This document shows, piece by piece, positions 47,485 to 56,749 of a stretch of 64,000 nucleotides of DNA. Within the stretch, counting starts at the first letter, position 1; every line of letters starts with the position of its first letter. The stretch spans positions 248,001 to 312,000 of the IMG/VR virus record IMGVR_UViG_3300032268_000986. One strand, given 5' to 3'. The translations under genes and the position numbers were made by a program. The notes under the pieces were generated by a model. It ran no database searches. It was not told the origin of the DNA and saw only the letters and a list, made by a program, of their open reading frames with translations.

Positions 47485-48245
47485 CGACGCTCAATGTCCT
47501 CTTCAACACAATCTTCACCGTATTGAATTTCAATTAGTCGCAAGGGCTTGTCAGTTTCGTTGCACAACTGGTGCCACTCGTTAAGTTTGATCCAAGTACT
47601 CTGATGACGGGCAGGACTGGCCATTAGATCACGATCAGTTGAGTGTGGATCCACGGTGTACACTGTGGCTTCACCTTCGGCCACAAACCAAAACTCAGCA
47701 CGTTTTTCATGCCGTTGCATGCTCAAGCATGTCTTGGGACTCACAGTGAGTTCTTTGAGTTTGACATGATTTCCAACTTCGTGCAACACACGATAATAGC
47801 CCCAGGCACGACTGGTACGGGGTTTTTTCCAGTCTTCAAGTATCCAGCTAGAACTATTTTTCTTGTCCGCACCGCCAACACCAAACGCAAATGTCAATTG
47901 ATCATCGACAACATCCATTTCTGGAATGTTCAGGTGTGTGCGATCACCACCATTGGCAAACACCAAGGTTGCGTCAGGGTAGTGTGCTCTGACTTGACGT
48001 ATGAACTCCTTGGCCGAACCATCAGCATCGTCAAATGTGTACACTTCGTCCACCATGGCAAGATTGTTTATCACACACAATCTTTCTGTCCAGGGCATGA
48101 ATGGGCGACCTTTTTTGCGTGTGAGCCATTCGTCTGAATTGAGTCCCACAATCAGCATGTCGCCTAGAGCGCGGGCAGCTTTGAAATACGCAATATGCCC
48201 AGAATGCAGCGGATCAAAGCCGCCAGTTACAAGTACAATTTTCAT
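47481..48245 (-). CDS. cytidylyltransferase (HxGH) fused to mannose-6-phosphate-isomerase-type cupin; start probably MKIVL at 48245
   Basis: TGGFDPLHSGH, GLNSD, FANGGDR; RAWGYY, LSMQRH..RAE.W.V, WHQL.N, IEIQ.G..C.E.DI.R. Confidence 0.88.
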   Translation of the reverse strand: MKIVLVTGGFDPLHSGHIAYFKAARALGDMLIVGLNSDEWLTRKKGRPFMPWTERLCVINNLAMVDEVYTFDDADGSAKEFIRQVRAHYPDATLVFANGGDRTHLNIPEMDVVDDQLTFAFGVGGADKKNSSSWILEDWKKPRTSRAWGYYRVLHEVGNHVKLKELTVSPKTCLSMQRHEKRAEFWFVAEGEATVYTVDPHSTDRDLMASPARHQSTWIKLNEWHQLCNETDKPLRLIEIQYGEDCVEEDIERR

Positions 48246-48250
48246 ACAGG

Positions 48251-48256
48251 TATTTA
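48251..48256 (-). promoter_or_regulatory. TAAATA late-promoter-like motif, 5 nt before ATG of the cytidylyltransferase operon
   Basis: TAAATA cctgt ATG. Confidence 0.55.
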
Positions 48257-48706
48257 CACCTGTATATCTTCCATGCCAGCAGTTCTTAGACGAACCACAT
48301 GGCCCATTTGCCACTGTTTGGTGTCCAGGCCTTTGAGGATGCCCAACCAGCGGTTGCGCAGATATGCCACTTCGTTGATTATGGTTTCATAGTCAATTAC
48401 TTCGTCTTCACCGTCCACGTACTTTTCAGCATCCCTGGATGTCAGTGCGCGAGCATATCCTTCAAGATACTTTTGAAAGTGTTTTCTGCGTATCTTACGC
48501 AACTGGATGTTAAGGTAATTGAGCACAGCTTCGATCTCTTGCAACTGATTGAATCTCTGCTCTGTGATACCTGGCAAGGCCGTGATGTTTTTCTCTACCA
48601 AGCCGCCAATCTTGCAGTCTTTTTTAGCTGACTCAAGTTCGTTCTCGTAGTGAGATATGAAATCAGGAATGAGTCCTAGATCAGCTACTACGCGACTGTA
48701 CCACAT
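48254..48706 (-). CDS. uvsY: recombination mediator UvsY-like
   Basis: Helical ~150 aa, ALTSRDAEKYVDGE..V; downstream of uvsX. Confidence 0.75.
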   Translation of the reverse strand: MWYSRVVADLGLIPDFISHYENELESAKKDCKIGGLVEKNITALPGITEQRFNQLQEIEAVLNYLNIQLRKIRRKHFQKYLEGYARALTSRDAEKYVDGEDEVIDYETIINEVAYLRNRWLGILKGLDTKQWQMGHVVRLRTAGMEDIQV

Positions 48707-48960
48707 CAGTTTTCCCAGTCATGGTCGTCTTCTTCTTCAACGTCGTCTTCTTCTTCGCTGCCTTCGTCATGCCCTTGATCCATGTAGTCAGTAAGAGCAC
48801 GTTTGATATCCGAATCTCCCTTGAAGGCATCACGGATGTCTTCTACAGAACAATCATTGTCAACCATGACTGATACCACAATGTCAGCAGCTTCGCTACG
48901 ATCCACTGAGTTTATGTATCGCTTGAGCTCACTCCAAATTTCACTTACGATATGTTCCAT
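48706..48960 (-). CDS. small acidic hypothetical protein
   Basis: Coupled between uvsX and uvsY; acidic tail. Confidence 0.7.
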   Translation of the reverse strand: MEHIVSEIWSELKRYINSVDRSEAADIVVSVMVDNDCSVEDIRDAFKGDSDIKRALTDYMDQGHDEGSEEEDDVEEEDDHDWEN

Positions 48961-50015
48961 TATTCTTCCTCAACGTCAACAACAGGTGTGGCATCCTTTT
49001 GATTGCCAAAATCTTTCATCACAGTGTCAAGACAGCCGTCAGTATTGGCTTCCCATGCCTTGCGAAACTTCTTGATGATCTCGCCATCGCTTGTGGTAAA
49101 CACTAGACTGTTGCCTTCGCGTTTGAGCAGGCCTTTTTTCTCAATCAAGTCCACAAGACCTGAGTAAGGGCTCATGCCTGTTTCATAAGGAATCTTGACT
49201 TGCACTCCCTCGAACGGCTTGGCATAGCGTGTTTTCATTACTTTACAGCCAGCACGAATACCAGTTACATCTGAAATCTTGTTGCCGTCTTCGTCCTCTT
49301 TGAGTTTCATCTTCTTCATGGCCACCACAATTGAGCTGGCGTAAATGAAACCTTGACCACCTGAAATCTTGTCGTCTGGATCAAACATGTCTTGACTGGC
49401 GTATGTGTGATTGGTACAAACCAGGCCCACGTTGTAACTACCAAACATGTTGACACAGTTACGCACCAAGGCGGTAAGAGCTTTGGGCTTGCGACCTAGG
49501 TCACCTTTCATTTCGCCTGCATCAAATTGATTCACATCAGTGGGTGTCAGCAACATGCCCAGGCTGTCAATTACAAACATGACCTTGGGTCGCTCGGCAG
49601 GATCAAGAGCTTTGTAGTCGCTCATGAATGTAGAGATAGTTTTAGCTACATCGTCAATCATGGCCATTGACAATTTGAGTAACTTGCTGTCACTGGTATC
49701 AACTCCCAGGGCCTTGAGCCAGTCTTCGTCCAAGGCATTTTCGCTGTCAATCAACACTACAAAGATGCCTTGCTGTTGTGCATGTTTGATAATGTTGCCA
49801 CTACAGATGTAACTTTTACCTGCGCCCGAGTCACCGGCAAACACCGTGACCTTGCCCAAGGGGATACCTCGATCAAAGTCTCCTGAGATCAAGTAGTTCA
49901 AAGCATAGTTGCCTGTGGAGATCCAGTCTGTGGGATCATTGAATCCAATCGACAATCCGTCGATACTTTTTGTAATTTCCTTGCGGAATTTTGATACGTC
50001 AAATGGTTTAGCCAT
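48960..50015 (-). CDS. uvsX: RecA/UvsX recombinase
   Basis: STGNYALN, GDSGAGKS, IDSEN, VIDSLG, TNHTY, SGG.G..YASS. Confidence 0.95.
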   Translation of the reverse strand: MAKPFDVSKFRKEITKSIDGLSIGFNDPTDWISTGNYALNYLISGDFDRGIPLGKVTVFAGDSGAGKSYICSGNIIKHAQQQGIFVVLIDSENALDEDWLKALGVDTSDSKLLKLSMAMIDDVAKTISTFMSDYKALDPAERPKVMFVIDSLGMLLTPTDVNQFDAGEMKGDLGRKPKALTALVRNCVNMFGSYNVGLVCTNHTYASQDMFDPDDKISGGQGFIYASSIVVAMKKMKLKEDEDGNKISDVTGIRAGCKVMKTRYAKPFEGVQVKIPYETGMSPYSGLVDLIEKKGLLKREGNSLVFTTSDGEIIKKFRKAWEANTDGCLDTVMKDFGNQKDATPVVDVEEE

Positions 50016-51606
50016 GGTATTTTCCTTTGTAAATGATATCTGCTATTTCTGGATGTGTCTGATTAAATTTTTGATCTCTTATATTGTCTAATTTTAGCAT
50101 GAATTTTGATAGTTCGTCAATTAAATCTGGTGAATATTTGTTCTGTTTGAGTAAGGCAATGATAGGAAATACATTGTGTTTTATTAACTTGTCATGATCA
50201 ATTTGAGATAATTTGTCAATGACTTGAGTTGTTAATTCCGTATTCATTGCTGTTATGCTTAAAAATTTTGGGTGTTCTAATAAATTAAAATTTAATTTGT
50301 TAAATTTTTTTGTATCTACCCAGGTTATTAACTGATCAAGATAATAAACATTTTGAACATTAACTGTGGTAAAAATACTAAGGATCATGTTTGGTAGTTT
50401 GTTTTCTAAGAATTTATCTAAGTTAACATTGACCAAATCCCATTTCCCCCCGCGCTCTAATTCAAACCGTGTACCTATGTTATCTATGCTAAATGCAATG
50501 TCAACTTGTCGGAACAACTTCCATTTTTCAAACAAATGTGCTGGGTACACAGACCCGTTTGAATTGTAATGTAGTCTAATTTTGTGTGCCAGGTCATGCT
50601 CTATTAGATAATCTAAAAATGTCTCTTGTTGCTTGATGAGAAACGGCTCGCCACCATAAAAATCAATGTTAACCAGCTGATTTCCCAACGTGTTAAACAT
50701 TTTCCAAATTTGATCATTTTTGACCCACTGTCCTTTTCGATTGAGATTTTTGAGATCAATAATAGAGTCAAAGTGTCGTGCCTGTTCTTCTGCTATTTTT
50801 GAACTAGCGTCTGAATTGCATATTCTGCATGCAAAATTACAAAGATTTCCTAGTTTTAAATCTAGACTAACTAAATTTTCAAGTTGATCTTGCTCTATGT
50901 CTAAACATTGCGCATCAATCCCAAGACAATCACTGAACCACTGTCGATTTGATTGCCCTTTATGTTGTTCTTTCATCCAGCAGCTCGAACATCCGGCAGG
51001 ACGATCCCCGTCGAGAAATTGTGTTCTTAACCTTGTTAAATAGTCACTGTGGTAGACTTCTTCAATACTATTAGTATTGATATTGTAGGGAACATTGTTG
51101 GAATCCGTTATTGATTCTTTATACACACAACAAGGTCTAAATTCGCCTTGTGACGAAATTTCTAAATGTGCCCATGGACTAAAACAAAATGTGTCAGGCA
51201 AGGTAATTGCAGGATTCTTAACAACCTCAGGTGCGACGTCACTAAATTTTATGTCCAGTGTTGAAAAAATACAATCATCTGTTGAATAGTTGCGTCTAAC
51301 TAATTCAAGATGATCTTGATCAATGTCAGAACCAGAACTACAAATTAAAATAAAAAAGTTAGATATATCTAACAGCGTTGCGCTTTTTTGTATGTGTATT
51401 AAAGTTTCAACTGATATCAAATTTCTACTGTACAGAACTATTCGACTATGATCACTGTATTCTGGTTGGTACCATTGTTTAAATAATTTATACAGTGTTT
51501 TTCGAGGTTGACCAAGTAATTGATCTAGGTCGATTACACCAACTATTTGATAGTTGTAATGTTGTTCTAAATACTGTTTTAGGTCAGTTGAGGGTATCGG
51601 TGTCAT
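50008..51606 (-). CDS. radical SAM enzyme with twitch-like Cys cluster and extra N-terminal domain; AT-rich gene
   Basis: CFSPW.HL.I...G..RPCC, C.SCW, CNFACRIC, YGGEPF, YNSNG, FSIDNIG. Confidence 0.9.
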   Translation of the reverse strand: MTPIPSTDLKQYLEQHYNYQIVGVIDLDQLLGQPRKTLYKLFKQWYQPEYSDHSRIVLYSRNLISVETLIHIQKSATLLDISNFFILICSSGSDIDQDHLELVRRNYSTDDCIFSTLDIKFSDVAPEVVKNPAITLPDTFCFSPWAHLEISSQGEFRPCCVYKESITDSNNVPYNINTNSIEEVYHSDYLTRLRTQFLDGDRPAGCSSCWMKEQHKGQSNRQWFSDCLGIDAQCLDIEQDQLENLVSLDLKLGNLCNFACRICNSDASSKIAEEQARHFDSIIDLKNLNRKGQWVKNDQIWKMFNTLGNQLVNIDFYGGEPFLIKQQETFLDYLIEHDLAHKIRLHYNSNGSVYPAHLFEKWKLFRQVDIAFSIDNIGTRFELERGGKWDLVNVNLDKFLENKLPNMILSIFTTVNVQNVYYLDQLITWVDTKKFNKLNFNLLEHPKFLSITAMNTELTTQVIDKLSQIDHDKLIKHNVFPIIALLKQNKYSPDLIDELSKFMLKLDNIRDQKFNQTHPEIADIIYKGKYHG

Positions 51607-51627
51607 TTGAGTTTAATCAGAGAAATT

Positions 51628-51652
51628 ACAAGGGGCCTTAAAGGCCCCTTGT
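51628..51652 (-). terminator. stem-loop after gp32 (probable terminator)
   Basis: ACAAGGGGCCT-TAA-AGGCCCCTTGT 11-bp stem; U-tract short. Confidence 0.65.
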
Positions 51653-51665
51653 GTCTACTATCTGC

Positions 51666-52667
51666 TTATTGCTTCTGACGACTACGAATCATGGCCAAGA
51701 TGTCTTCGGCCTTTTGTGGTGGTTTGTTGGCTGCTACAGGTGCCGACGCTGCCGGAACATCATCCACATCAAATGGAGGATCTTCGTTGACCACGTCTGG
51801 CTTGGCTGCCACTGGTGCTGGACGGCTAGCAGGCTTTGCTGGCGCATCTTCGTCAGTGCTGGCTGCGGCACCACCAGGTGCTTGAACGCCAGCTGGACGG
51901 AAGTACTGGCCCCAACGTTCTGTGTCGTAAGGTTGTCCATCCACACTTGCTTCAAACATCTCTTTGATGACCTTGAGTTCGACCTCGCCGGGCTTCTTGG
52001 GCAGGAATGTGCTGAGATCAAACAGACCATGTTTTTCAACAGCGGCTGCTTCCTCTTCAGACAAGGCCGATTCCTTACGTGCCCACTTTGAGCCGTTGTA
52101 GTCGGCAAATCCACCCTTGGCACCTTTGCTGATGCGGAAGTCTAGACCACGCAGGTAGTCAGTTGGCAATTCTTCCAACTCAGGATCCATCAGCGCACCC
52201 TTGATGGTGGTAAAGATCTGCGGGCCAATGATGAATCTGCGGATTGGGTTTTCTGGTGTTTTGTCCTCACCAATGGGATTTTCGCGAACAAAGCCTTGGA
52301 AAATATAACTGCGTTTTTTCCAGTACTTGCGACCCATTTCTTCAAGGCTCTTGTCCTTGAACCAGGTGCGTACTTCGGCCAGGATGGGGCATGCCTCGCC
52401 CCACATTTCCACGCAGGGTACTTGTACCATGACCTGCTTGGATTCCATCTCTCCTTTGATGCCATTAAAGGGCAAACGAATCATGGCTCGTTCTTGCCAA
52501 AAGAAAGTGTTTTTAGAGTTACCATCAGGGAGGAAGCGTAGTGTGGCCGATTGGCCTTCTTCCATGTTCCAGTGCGGGTAGATAGAATTATCACCGCCTG
52601 TGCTTTGGCCGCCTTGTTTGTTGTCAGCTGCCTGTAGTCGTGCTCGAATTTCTGCTAGAGATGCCAT
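51666..52667 (-). CDS. gp32: single-stranded DNA-binding protein (T4 gp32-like)
   Basis: A.LRFLPD, C....GE.CP, YWKKRSY, G.DF.I.K...G.FADY..S.W; acidic/Pro-rich tail. Confidence 0.9.
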   Translation of the reverse strand: MASLAEIRARLQAADNKQGGQSTGGDNSIYPHWNMEEGQSATLRFLPDGNSKNTFFWQERAMIRLPFNGIKGEMESKQVMVQVPCVEMWGEACPILAEVRTWFKDKSLEEMGRKYWKKRSYIFQGFVRENPIGEDKTPENPIRRFIIGPQIFTTIKGALMDPELEELPTDYLRGLDFRISKGAKGGFADYNGSKWARKESALSEEEAAAVEKHGLFDLSTFLPKKPGEVELKVIKEMFEASVDGQPYDTERWGQYFRPAGVQAPGGAAASTDEDAPAKPASRPAPVAAKPDVVNEDPPFDVDDVPAASAPVAANKPPQKAEDILAMIRSRQKQ

Positions 52668-52685
52668 AGTATGTTTCCTTTATAA

Positions 52686-52736
52686 GTTGCCTATGTGTGT
52701 TGCCTATCTAAATTAATTAGATCAATTGTTGCCTGT
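52686..52736 (-). repeat. three AGGCAAC direct repeats in the gp32 5-prime leader
   Basis: Plus-strand GTTGCCT at 52686, 52699 and 52728. Confidence 0.8.
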
Positions 52737-52767
52737 GCCACAAAAGAAAAAGCGCAAACACAGTAGT

Positions 52768-52796
52768 AGTATATGCGCTTTTGTCCGCTGTGTCAA
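52768..52796 (-). promoter_or_regulatory. sigma70-type promoter TTGACA-N17-TATACT for gp32, overlapped by an AAAAGCGCA/TGCGCTTTT inverted repeat (52748..52782)
   Basis: TTGACA cagcggacaaaagcgca TATACT. Confidence 0.8.
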
Positions 52797-52807
52797 GTTT
52801 ATTTATA

Positions 52808-54568
52808 TCATTTGAGCAAAGCCAGTGATTTTATTCTTGCCAGTTCGTCTGACTCGTAGTAGCTGCCTGTGATTGCGGCATTGTAGTTCATGGGGTCGTC
52901 GTTGCCTTCGTCCATGACCGGAGCCATGCCGCCGGCCACTGTGCCCATTTCATACATGCCTCCACATTCGGCCAGGCCATGTTCGGGACAATAAGCACCT
53001 TCGGCAGTCATGTTGCAGGCGCTGCCTTCTGTAGTGACTGGCATGGCCATGGGAGAGATGAGATTTTCAGCTAAGCCGCGATCTTGAGCAAATCGATCTG
53101 ATATCCATTCATATGGATCACCATCACGTGCTTTCTTTGTGCCATATGGCATGTCATCAAAATAATAGTCATACAGGGCATGGTACAAATCATCACTCAT
53201 GTCCCCGGTGGCTTCAAAGTCACGCACCTCTTTGCCAAATCTGTTACAGATGTGATCCAAGGTGCTGCCAGTAGAATCAGTCAGCACACCTTCGTTTAGG
53301 TCATCGTACTCGCCTTCTTGCTCTTCGGGTGGTGTGTTGCCCTGTGGAACGTCAACACCTAGTTCATTCAACCGATCCATGATGGCAGGATTTTCCCAGA
53401 TGCTGACGTTGGGATCTTGTTCAGCTTGGTCGCCAATGAGATCAAACAGCTGATCATCGCCCACAAGGTCATACAACTGCTCAGTGGCATTGGTACCATC
53501 GGGGCCGGCTTCCAGCGGCTGACTCATCAGTTGTTTCAAACGATTCTGTTGTTCTGGAGTTTCGGGCAACGCCCAGGTTCCCTCGGCTAGATTATTGATC
53601 CAGTTTTCAAAGATTTGTGCTTCTTTCATGTCTTGTCCTTGTTGTTGTATTCTTGCCAGCAAGGGCAAGGCCTCTTCGATACGTGCATCCAGTGTTTGTT
53701 CCACAAACAAACTCTTGATGTCTTCAACCAAAGATTCATGATCGGCCACTTGCATGGGCGACCATGATTCAAAATATGCTGAGTAACCACGATGGGTGCC
53801 CATGTGTTTGAGATTTTCTCGCAGTTGTTGATAATAGGTATTGGCTTGCTCAATGACTGATTGTTTCACGCTTTCGGCCACGGCATCATGGCTGGCTCGA
53901 CGAAAACGACTCAAGACCTTGAGTTCAGTCACTGTTTCTGTGATATGACTGCCGCGAACATCGTAGGGTTTGCCGCCCTGACGCACATGCTCTAACATGG
54001 CTCTGCCGCCGGCCATGTTGACAAACGGCAACTTGAATCGCTCTTGATCAGCTGTTTCAATAAACAAACTTTCAACGTAGCGGAATCTTGCATCGTTTTC
54101 GCCCAGCACACGATTGTGACGGATCATGAGTCTGGCTTCAGTGGGTTCGCCTGCGTAGCTGACCTTGCGTGTGCCATAGTAGCCTTCAAACAGGCCTTCT
54201 TGTATGGCAGCAATACCAGCTTGTACTCGTTTGAGTTTGTTGAGATTTGTCAGTGTGCCGGTCCAGCGATTGCGGTTGGCCAACTGCATGAGTTGCTGTT
54301 GAAAATCAAAGAACTCATTGCGGTCCTGGGCATCTTCAATGGTTTTGCCCAGATTGTCACCGTACATGATCATCATTTCGTTGTCATTGCCCAGTACAAT
54401 CACCATGGTGCCATAGTTTTTACCCGAGCCAGATACATAGTCAAAGCTGAATGTCTTGGCATCTTCGGTGTCGCAGGGACGGCCGTCTCGACCCAGAGTT
54501 TCAGGATGAAAGTCCCGAGTATCCAGTAAATCACTTAGTTGTTGTTCAAAATTGAGGGTTTGTGCCAT
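52808..54568 (-). CDS. large putative head-internal/late protein (586 aa) with multiple xxE-G/S sites
   Basis: TAAATA 7 nt before ATG; LFE-G, LAE-G, LNE-G, MDE-G, YYE-S sites; C-terminal ELARIKSLA. Confidence 0.55.
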   Translation of the reverse strand: MAQTLNFEQQLSDLLDTRDFHPETLGRDGRPCDTEDAKTFSFDYVSGSGKNYGTMVIVLGNDNEMMIMYGDNLGKTIEDAQDRNEFFDFQQQLMQLANRNRWTGTLTNLNKLKRVQAGIAAIQEGLFEGYYGTRKVSYAGEPTEARLMIRHNRVLGENDARFRYVESLFIETADQERFKLPFVNMAGGRAMLEHVRQGGKPYDVRGSHITETVTELKVLSRFRRASHDAVAESVKQSVIEQANTYYQQLRENLKHMGTHRGYSAYFESWSPMQVADHESLVEDIKSLFVEQTLDARIEEALPLLARIQQQGQDMKEAQIFENWINNLAEGTWALPETPEQQNRLKQLMSQPLEAGPDGTNATEQLYDLVGDDQLFDLIGDQAEQDPNVSIWENPAIMDRLNELGVDVPQGNTPPEEQEGEYDDLNEGVLTDSTGSTLDHICNRFGKEVRDFEATGDMSDDLYHALYDYYFDDMPYGTKKARDGDPYEWISDRFAQDRGLAENLISPMAMPVTTEGSACNMTAEGAYCPEHGLAECGGMYEMGTVAGGMAPVMDEGNDDPMNYNAAITGSYYESDELARIKSLALLK

Positions 54569-54575
54569 GGTAGTA

Positions 54576-54581
54576 TATTTA
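54576..54581 (-). promoter_or_regulatory. TAAATA late-promoter-like motif, 7 nt before ATG
   Basis: TAAATA tactacc ATG. Confidence 0.55.
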
Positions 54582-56168
54582 GCGCATTATGGAAATAAAG
54601 GGCATGGGTTCAACTATGACATCGCCATGATCTTTGAGGTGACTGTCCAATTCAGAGTGATAGGTTTGCAACAACATCAACATGCGCACTGCCAACAAAC
54701 TGCTCATCACAAGATCATCAGTTTCCCCGGGTTTGGCAGAGTAACTGGTGCCAGCTGCCACAAAGGTCTTGAGCTCAGAAATCAAGGGCTTGCTGTACAG
54801 TTTCATGCGGCCCGATTCCACAAGGATTTTGAACTTGTTGCAGGCTGTGATCTTGGCCTTGTGTGTGGTGTTGAAACCTTTGCGGAATCTGCGACCTGTG
54901 GTGCCTGTCACAGAGTTGTCGCTGAGAAAGTACCCAGGAATATTTTCTTCACCGTATTCTGCAATAGAGATCAAGGCTGCTTCTCCCAGGGTGTTGTTTT
55001 CCACCGAGTAATACACGCTCTTGTCGTTCTTGGTCACTGCTTTTATTTCCTTGATGATGTCCACCAGTATGCGAACTTGACTGGGCACATCAGTTTTGTT
55101 GTGGCGCCACTCGGCTACTTGTTCTGTGGTGTCGGCCTCAAAAACCTGTATAGCTGCTGGATCACCTCCGGTGCCCAGGCTGGGATCCAAGGCAACAATG
55201 TACATTTTACCTGGGTTGATTGGCTTGTACCAGCGCACTTGACCGGTACGGTGTATGGGGTCAACTCCTTCTATCTCCAGCAGTTTGATAGGGGATATCA
55301 AAGTTTCATCGTTGATAACAAACTCACAGTCCATTTCTCTGCGGAAACGTTCTTCACCCAGCTGAGCTCGTTGTTCATTGGCCCAGGCATCATCACGATC
55401 TGGGTGTTCTCTCCAATAGGCGCGGTACGCACGGAAGCCATTGATGCCTAGACCGTCGGGTCTGGGATTGCCGTACTCGTCTTCAATCTTGTTGGCACCT
55501 TTCCAGATATAAGCAAATTGATCTTCGTCTGAGTTGGGAGTTGATGTGATAATGGCTTTACCACCAGTGCTCAATGTGGGAGTGATGGAAGTCCAAAACT
55601 CCTTGGCAATTGTGGGTCGCACAAACGCAAACTCATCAAGATACAGCAAGGTGATACTCATACCACGGCCGGTGTTTTCAGTTGTGGTCTGACTTACAAT
55701 ACGGCTACCGTTGTCAAACTCTAGGCTTCCTTTGTTGTAGCTGGTGGCGCCGGCACGAATGTGATTGGGGCACAACTCATAAGCATATCTTATGCGTTGC
55801 ATGATTTCCTGGGCGCCTAGATACTTGTGTGCAGCAATCAAGATTGTGCTGTCGGGAATAAACATGGCATACCACAGCAGGTATCCAGCTGCTGATGTTG
55901 ATTTGCCTGTTTGTCGAGGCATGAGACTGATACTAAATCTATTGGTGTGATAGTTGTCAATCAGCTTTTTTTGATAGTCATAAGCATGGTACAACATCTT
56001 GCCACGTGTGGGATGCTGAATGTGAAAAAAGTTGTCCATGAAGTATGCCGGGCCCGTGACAGGGTCGGCGCACAGTGCAAATTCTTGTAGTTCTTGATTG
56101 GTGTAGGTCTCTCGTCTGTGTGGCGATTTGACCAGTACAGTGTCCAGTGTTGGTTTCATTCCAATCAT
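54579..56168 (-). CDS. terL: terminase large subunit (T4 gp17-like)
   Basis: PRQTGKST, RGMSITLLYLDEFAFV, IITSTPN, ALDPSLG.G.D, DDLVM. Confidence 0.96.
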   Translation of the reverse strand: MIGMKPTLDTVLVKSPHRRETYTNQELQEFALCADPVTGPAYFMDNFFHIQHPTRGKMLYHAYDYQKKLIDNYHTNRFSISLMPRQTGKSTSAAGYLLWYAMFIPDSTILIAAHKYLGAQEIMQRIRYAYELCPNHIRAGATSYNKGSLEFDNGSRIVSQTTTENTGRGMSITLLYLDEFAFVRPTIAKEFWTSITPTLSTGGKAIITSTPNSDEDQFAYIWKGANKIEDEYGNPRPDGLGINGFRAYRAYWREHPDRDDAWANEQRAQLGEERFRREMDCEFVINDETLISPIKLLEIEGVDPIHRTGQVRWYKPINPGKMYIVALDPSLGTGGDPAAIQVFEADTTEQVAEWRHNKTDVPSQVRILVDIIKEIKAVTKNDKSVYYSVENNTLGEAALISIAEYGEENIPGYFLSDNSVTGTTGRRFRKGFNTTHKAKITACNKFKILVESGRMKLYSKPLISELKTFVAAGTSYSAKPGETDDLVMSSLLAVRMLMLLQTYHSELDSHLKDHGDVIVEPMPFISIMR

Positions 56169-56749
56169 GTGATATTGGGCTTTAATAATGTGTACGAGGT
56201 CAGTCTAAATGTGCCCACAGGCACAGGGTTGAGCATGCCATGAAACAAGCCAGTGGTTTCAGCATTGTTTAAAGGGTTGGTCATTATGTATCCTGTGTTG
56301 GCCTGAGATTCAAACTGTTTTCTCACTTGCTGGCCTTGACTGTCATGATAAAAACAGGTGCCCTGTTCAGAATGGCCTATCCAATACATCTGCATGGCGC
56401 CCGGCAACGCACCGTCGGTATGTATAGGGCAATCAAACCCTTCATGATCCAACCAAAACACAGTATGTCCATGATGATGACTGAGTAAAGGCATGTTGAT
56501 CATGGTGCTGATACGAAACCATATCTGTTGTTGATTGGTTGTCCATTGGTCTCCCCAGGACAGATCATGAAGTTCAATTCTGCGTCGAGGCCAGGTTTCT
56601 TGGCAAGGTTGAGTACTGTGTGGGACATTCAACCAGTCCGTGGCAAGTATTTGTTGCAAAAGATCTGAGGGCACCAGGTCAGTTACCTGGAACAGATTTG
56701 GAACACTGTCAACTGCGGTTATTTGCATAGGTGTGATAACTCTGGCCAT
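56165..56749 (-). CDS. 2OG-Fe(II) oxygenase-like protein
   Basis: HTD...FHG...R facial triad and 2OG-binding Arg pattern. Confidence 0.7.
   Translation of the reverse strand: MARVITPMQITAVDSVPNLFQVTDLVPSDLLQQILATDWLNVPHSTQPCQETWPRRRIELHDLSWGDQWTTNQQQIWFRISTMINMPLLSHHHGHTVFWLDHEGFDCPIHTDGALPGAMQMYWIGHSEQGTCFYHDSQGQQVRKQFESQANTGYIMTNPLNNAETTGLFHGMLNPVPVGTFRLTSYTLLKPNIT

Noticed and set aside
10637-48245. Eukaryotic giant virus origin suggested by the PRMT-like enzyme and glycosyltransferases
   Set aside because: Sigma70 promoters, Shine-Dalgarno sites, coupled operons and T4-type terminase/baseplate genes indicate a bacteriophage
54552-55451. Long plus-strand ORFs antisense to real genes (e.g. 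54552..55451, 38489..39079, 61616..62182, 25706..26218)
   Set aside because: They lie opposite well-supported genes and lack RBS and recognisable motifs; typical shadow ORFs
13513-56168. Inteins or introns in nrdA, helicase, uvsW, uvsX or terL
   Set aside because: All have normal lengths with contiguous motifs; no C...HN splice signatures or LAGLIDADG/HNH inserts were seen
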